Of a DNA stretch of 39,980 nucleotides, positions 38,681 through 39,980 are shown piece by piece. The notes beneath the pieces were generated by a model. It was not told where the DNA came from and did not search any database. It saw only the letters and a program-made list of their open reading frames with translations. Position 1 is the stretch's first letter. Every line of letters begins with the position of its first letter. The position numbers and the translations under genes were made by a program. The stretch comes from a virus (lineage: Duplodnaviria; Heunggongvirae; Uroviricota; Caudoviricetes): the IMG/VR virus record IMGVR_UViG_2617270954_000001, one strand, 5' to 3'.

Positions 38681-39306
38681 CCACTATTACCAAAGAACGT
38701 ATTGAATTGTTCATTAAAAATCCGCTTGAAAACGGGCTTACTCGTGGCGAACAAATGGAACTGGCACGAATTGCACTGGCATCACTGGAACGCGAACAGA
38801 TTCGCCACGAGCATGCCAAATGGTCTGACTCCACATTTGGCTGCGTTGGCCCCATTGGTCCACTGAAACACCTCTCAAAAGAGGCACTGGAAGCCGCAGC
38901 CGAACCAGACGATCTTAGCGAGTGGGCTGATATGCAGTTCCTGTTGTGGGATGCACAGCGCCGTGCTGGTATCAGTGATGCTGAAATTACCGCTGCTATG
39001 GAAAATAAATTGAAGATCAACATGGAACGCCAGTGGCCTGAACCAAAAGATGGTGAGCCTCGCTTGCACATTAAAGAACCCGGCAACTCTCCGGTAACTC
39101 CGGATGGCTGGATAAGCTGTAGTGAGCGAATGCCGGATACCAAAACAGCCGTTCTTGTTGCCGTGGAGTTTGACAGGAAAGGTGACTGGCGAATGAAATG
39201 GGCGACTTACATCCCGGGTCATCCTGACGCTAATGATGGGTGGATAATTCCTGGTGCGTCGTGGAAACCGTCACACTGGATGCCGCTACCAGAGCCTCCA
39301 CTTTGA
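38677..39306 (+). CDS. DUF550 (dATP/dGTP pyrophosphohydrolase-like) fused to DUF551
   Basis: N-terminal all-alpha MazG-like pattern (EQIRHEHAKW..FG...PL.HL.KEA.E); C-terminal WKPSHWMPLPEPPL tail. Confidence 0.55.
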   Translation: MTTITKERIELFIKNPLENGLTRGEQMELARIALASLEREQIRHEHAKWSDSTFGCVGPIGPLKHLSKEALEAAAEPDDLSEWADMQFLLWDAQRRAGISDAEITAAMENKLKINMERQWPEPKDGEPRLHIKEPGNSPVTPDGWISCSERMPDTKTAVLVAVEFDRKGDWRMKWATYIPGHPDANDGWIIPGASWKPSHWMPLPEPPL

Positions 39307-39402
39307 AAGCGAAGCTTATACATATCTTTTACATCAGCAATCTATTGTTAATCTCCAATCAATGTTACGTTGTCATCTCACTCATGCTTTGGAGGTAGTG
39401 AT

Positions 39403-39582
39403 ATGTCTTGTCCAAAATGCGGTTCTGGAAATATTGCAAAAGAAAAAACAATGCGTGGATGGTCTGGTGATTATGTGTGCTGCGATTGCGGATACAACGA
39501 CTCTAAAGACGCATTTGGAGAGCGTGGTAAAAACGAGTTTGTTAAAATTAATAAAGAACGCGAAGGCAACGAAAAAAGCTAA
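39403..39582 (+). CDS. Small zinc-ribbon protein (track ORF starts at 39370)
   Basis: MSCPKCGSGN...CCDCGYND with two CxxC pairs; GGAGG RBS; followed by terminator. Confidence 0.5.
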   Translation: MSCPKCGSGNIAKEKTMRGWSGDYVCCDCGYNDSKDAFGERGKNEFVKINKEREGNEKS

Positions 39583-39713
39583 TTTATTTATTCATATATG
39601 AAAACAATGTAACCAATATTCGAATTGAAGAACTGAAAGAACACCAAGCCGCCTGATGGCGGTTTTTTATTGCCTGATTTGCAGGTTCGATTCCCTATTC
39701 GGAGATAGCACTC

Positions 39714-39914
39714 ATGCAACACGAACTACAGCCTGATTCACTGGTTGATTTGAAATTCATCATGGCTGATACTGGCTTCGGTAAAACCTTCATCTATGAC
39801 CGGATTAAGTCCGGAGACCTGCCTAAAGCCAAAGTTATCCACGGGCGAGCAAGATGGTTATATCGTGACCATTGTGAATTCAAAAATAAGCTCTTAAGCC
39901 GCGCCAATGGGTAA
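39714..39914 (+). CDS. xis: Second copy of the AlpA-family xis ORF (wrap-around duplicate of 135-335)
   Basis: Identical 66-aa translation to the ORF at 135-335. Confidence 0.7.
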   Translation: MQHELQPDSLVDLKFIMADTGFGKTFIYDRIKSGDLPKAKVIHGRARWLYRDHCEFKNKLLSRANG

Positions 39915-39980
39915 AATAGCGGGTAAAATATTTCTCACATCTAAAAAACACCATTCCAATCAATCCCCTGCCGCCTCAAG

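Overview
The window is one complete, circularly closed genome of a mosaic P22-like lambdoid temperate phage; bases 1-401 are repeated exactly at 39580-39980, giving a unit length of about 39,579 bp. All calls rest on reading the sequence and ORF track against recalled protein families; no database search was run, and coordinates for features absent from the ORF track are hand-derived and may be off by 1-2 nt. Plus strand: AlpA-type xis, P4-type integrase, an OafA-like O-antigen acetyltransferase, then later the c2 repressor and the PL operon (N-like antiterminator, SieB-like protein, an E/R/K-rich helical protein, cIII, kil, Erf, SSB-like, Ea22-like, DUF550/DUF551). Minus strand, high to low coordinates: cro, nutR, cII, O-like initiator with internal ori iterons, DnaB-like helicase, nin genes, lambda-type phosphatase, Q-like antiterminator, two tRNAs (Thr-UGU, Asn-GUU), lysis cassette S-R-Rz/Rz1, terminases, portal, scaffold, coat, gp4-gp10-gp26-gp14-gp7-gp20-gp16, the immI region (mnt, arc-like, ant) and a tailspike. 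The most notable observations are a tailspike reading frame broken by a single in-frame TAA, an OafA-tailspike low-GC serotype-conversion module, a secreted-protein/lipoprotein moron pair apparently co-transcribed with mnt, and a small membrane-protein cluster at the helicase/nin junction. I cannot identify any one of these as a confirmed novel system from sequence alone.
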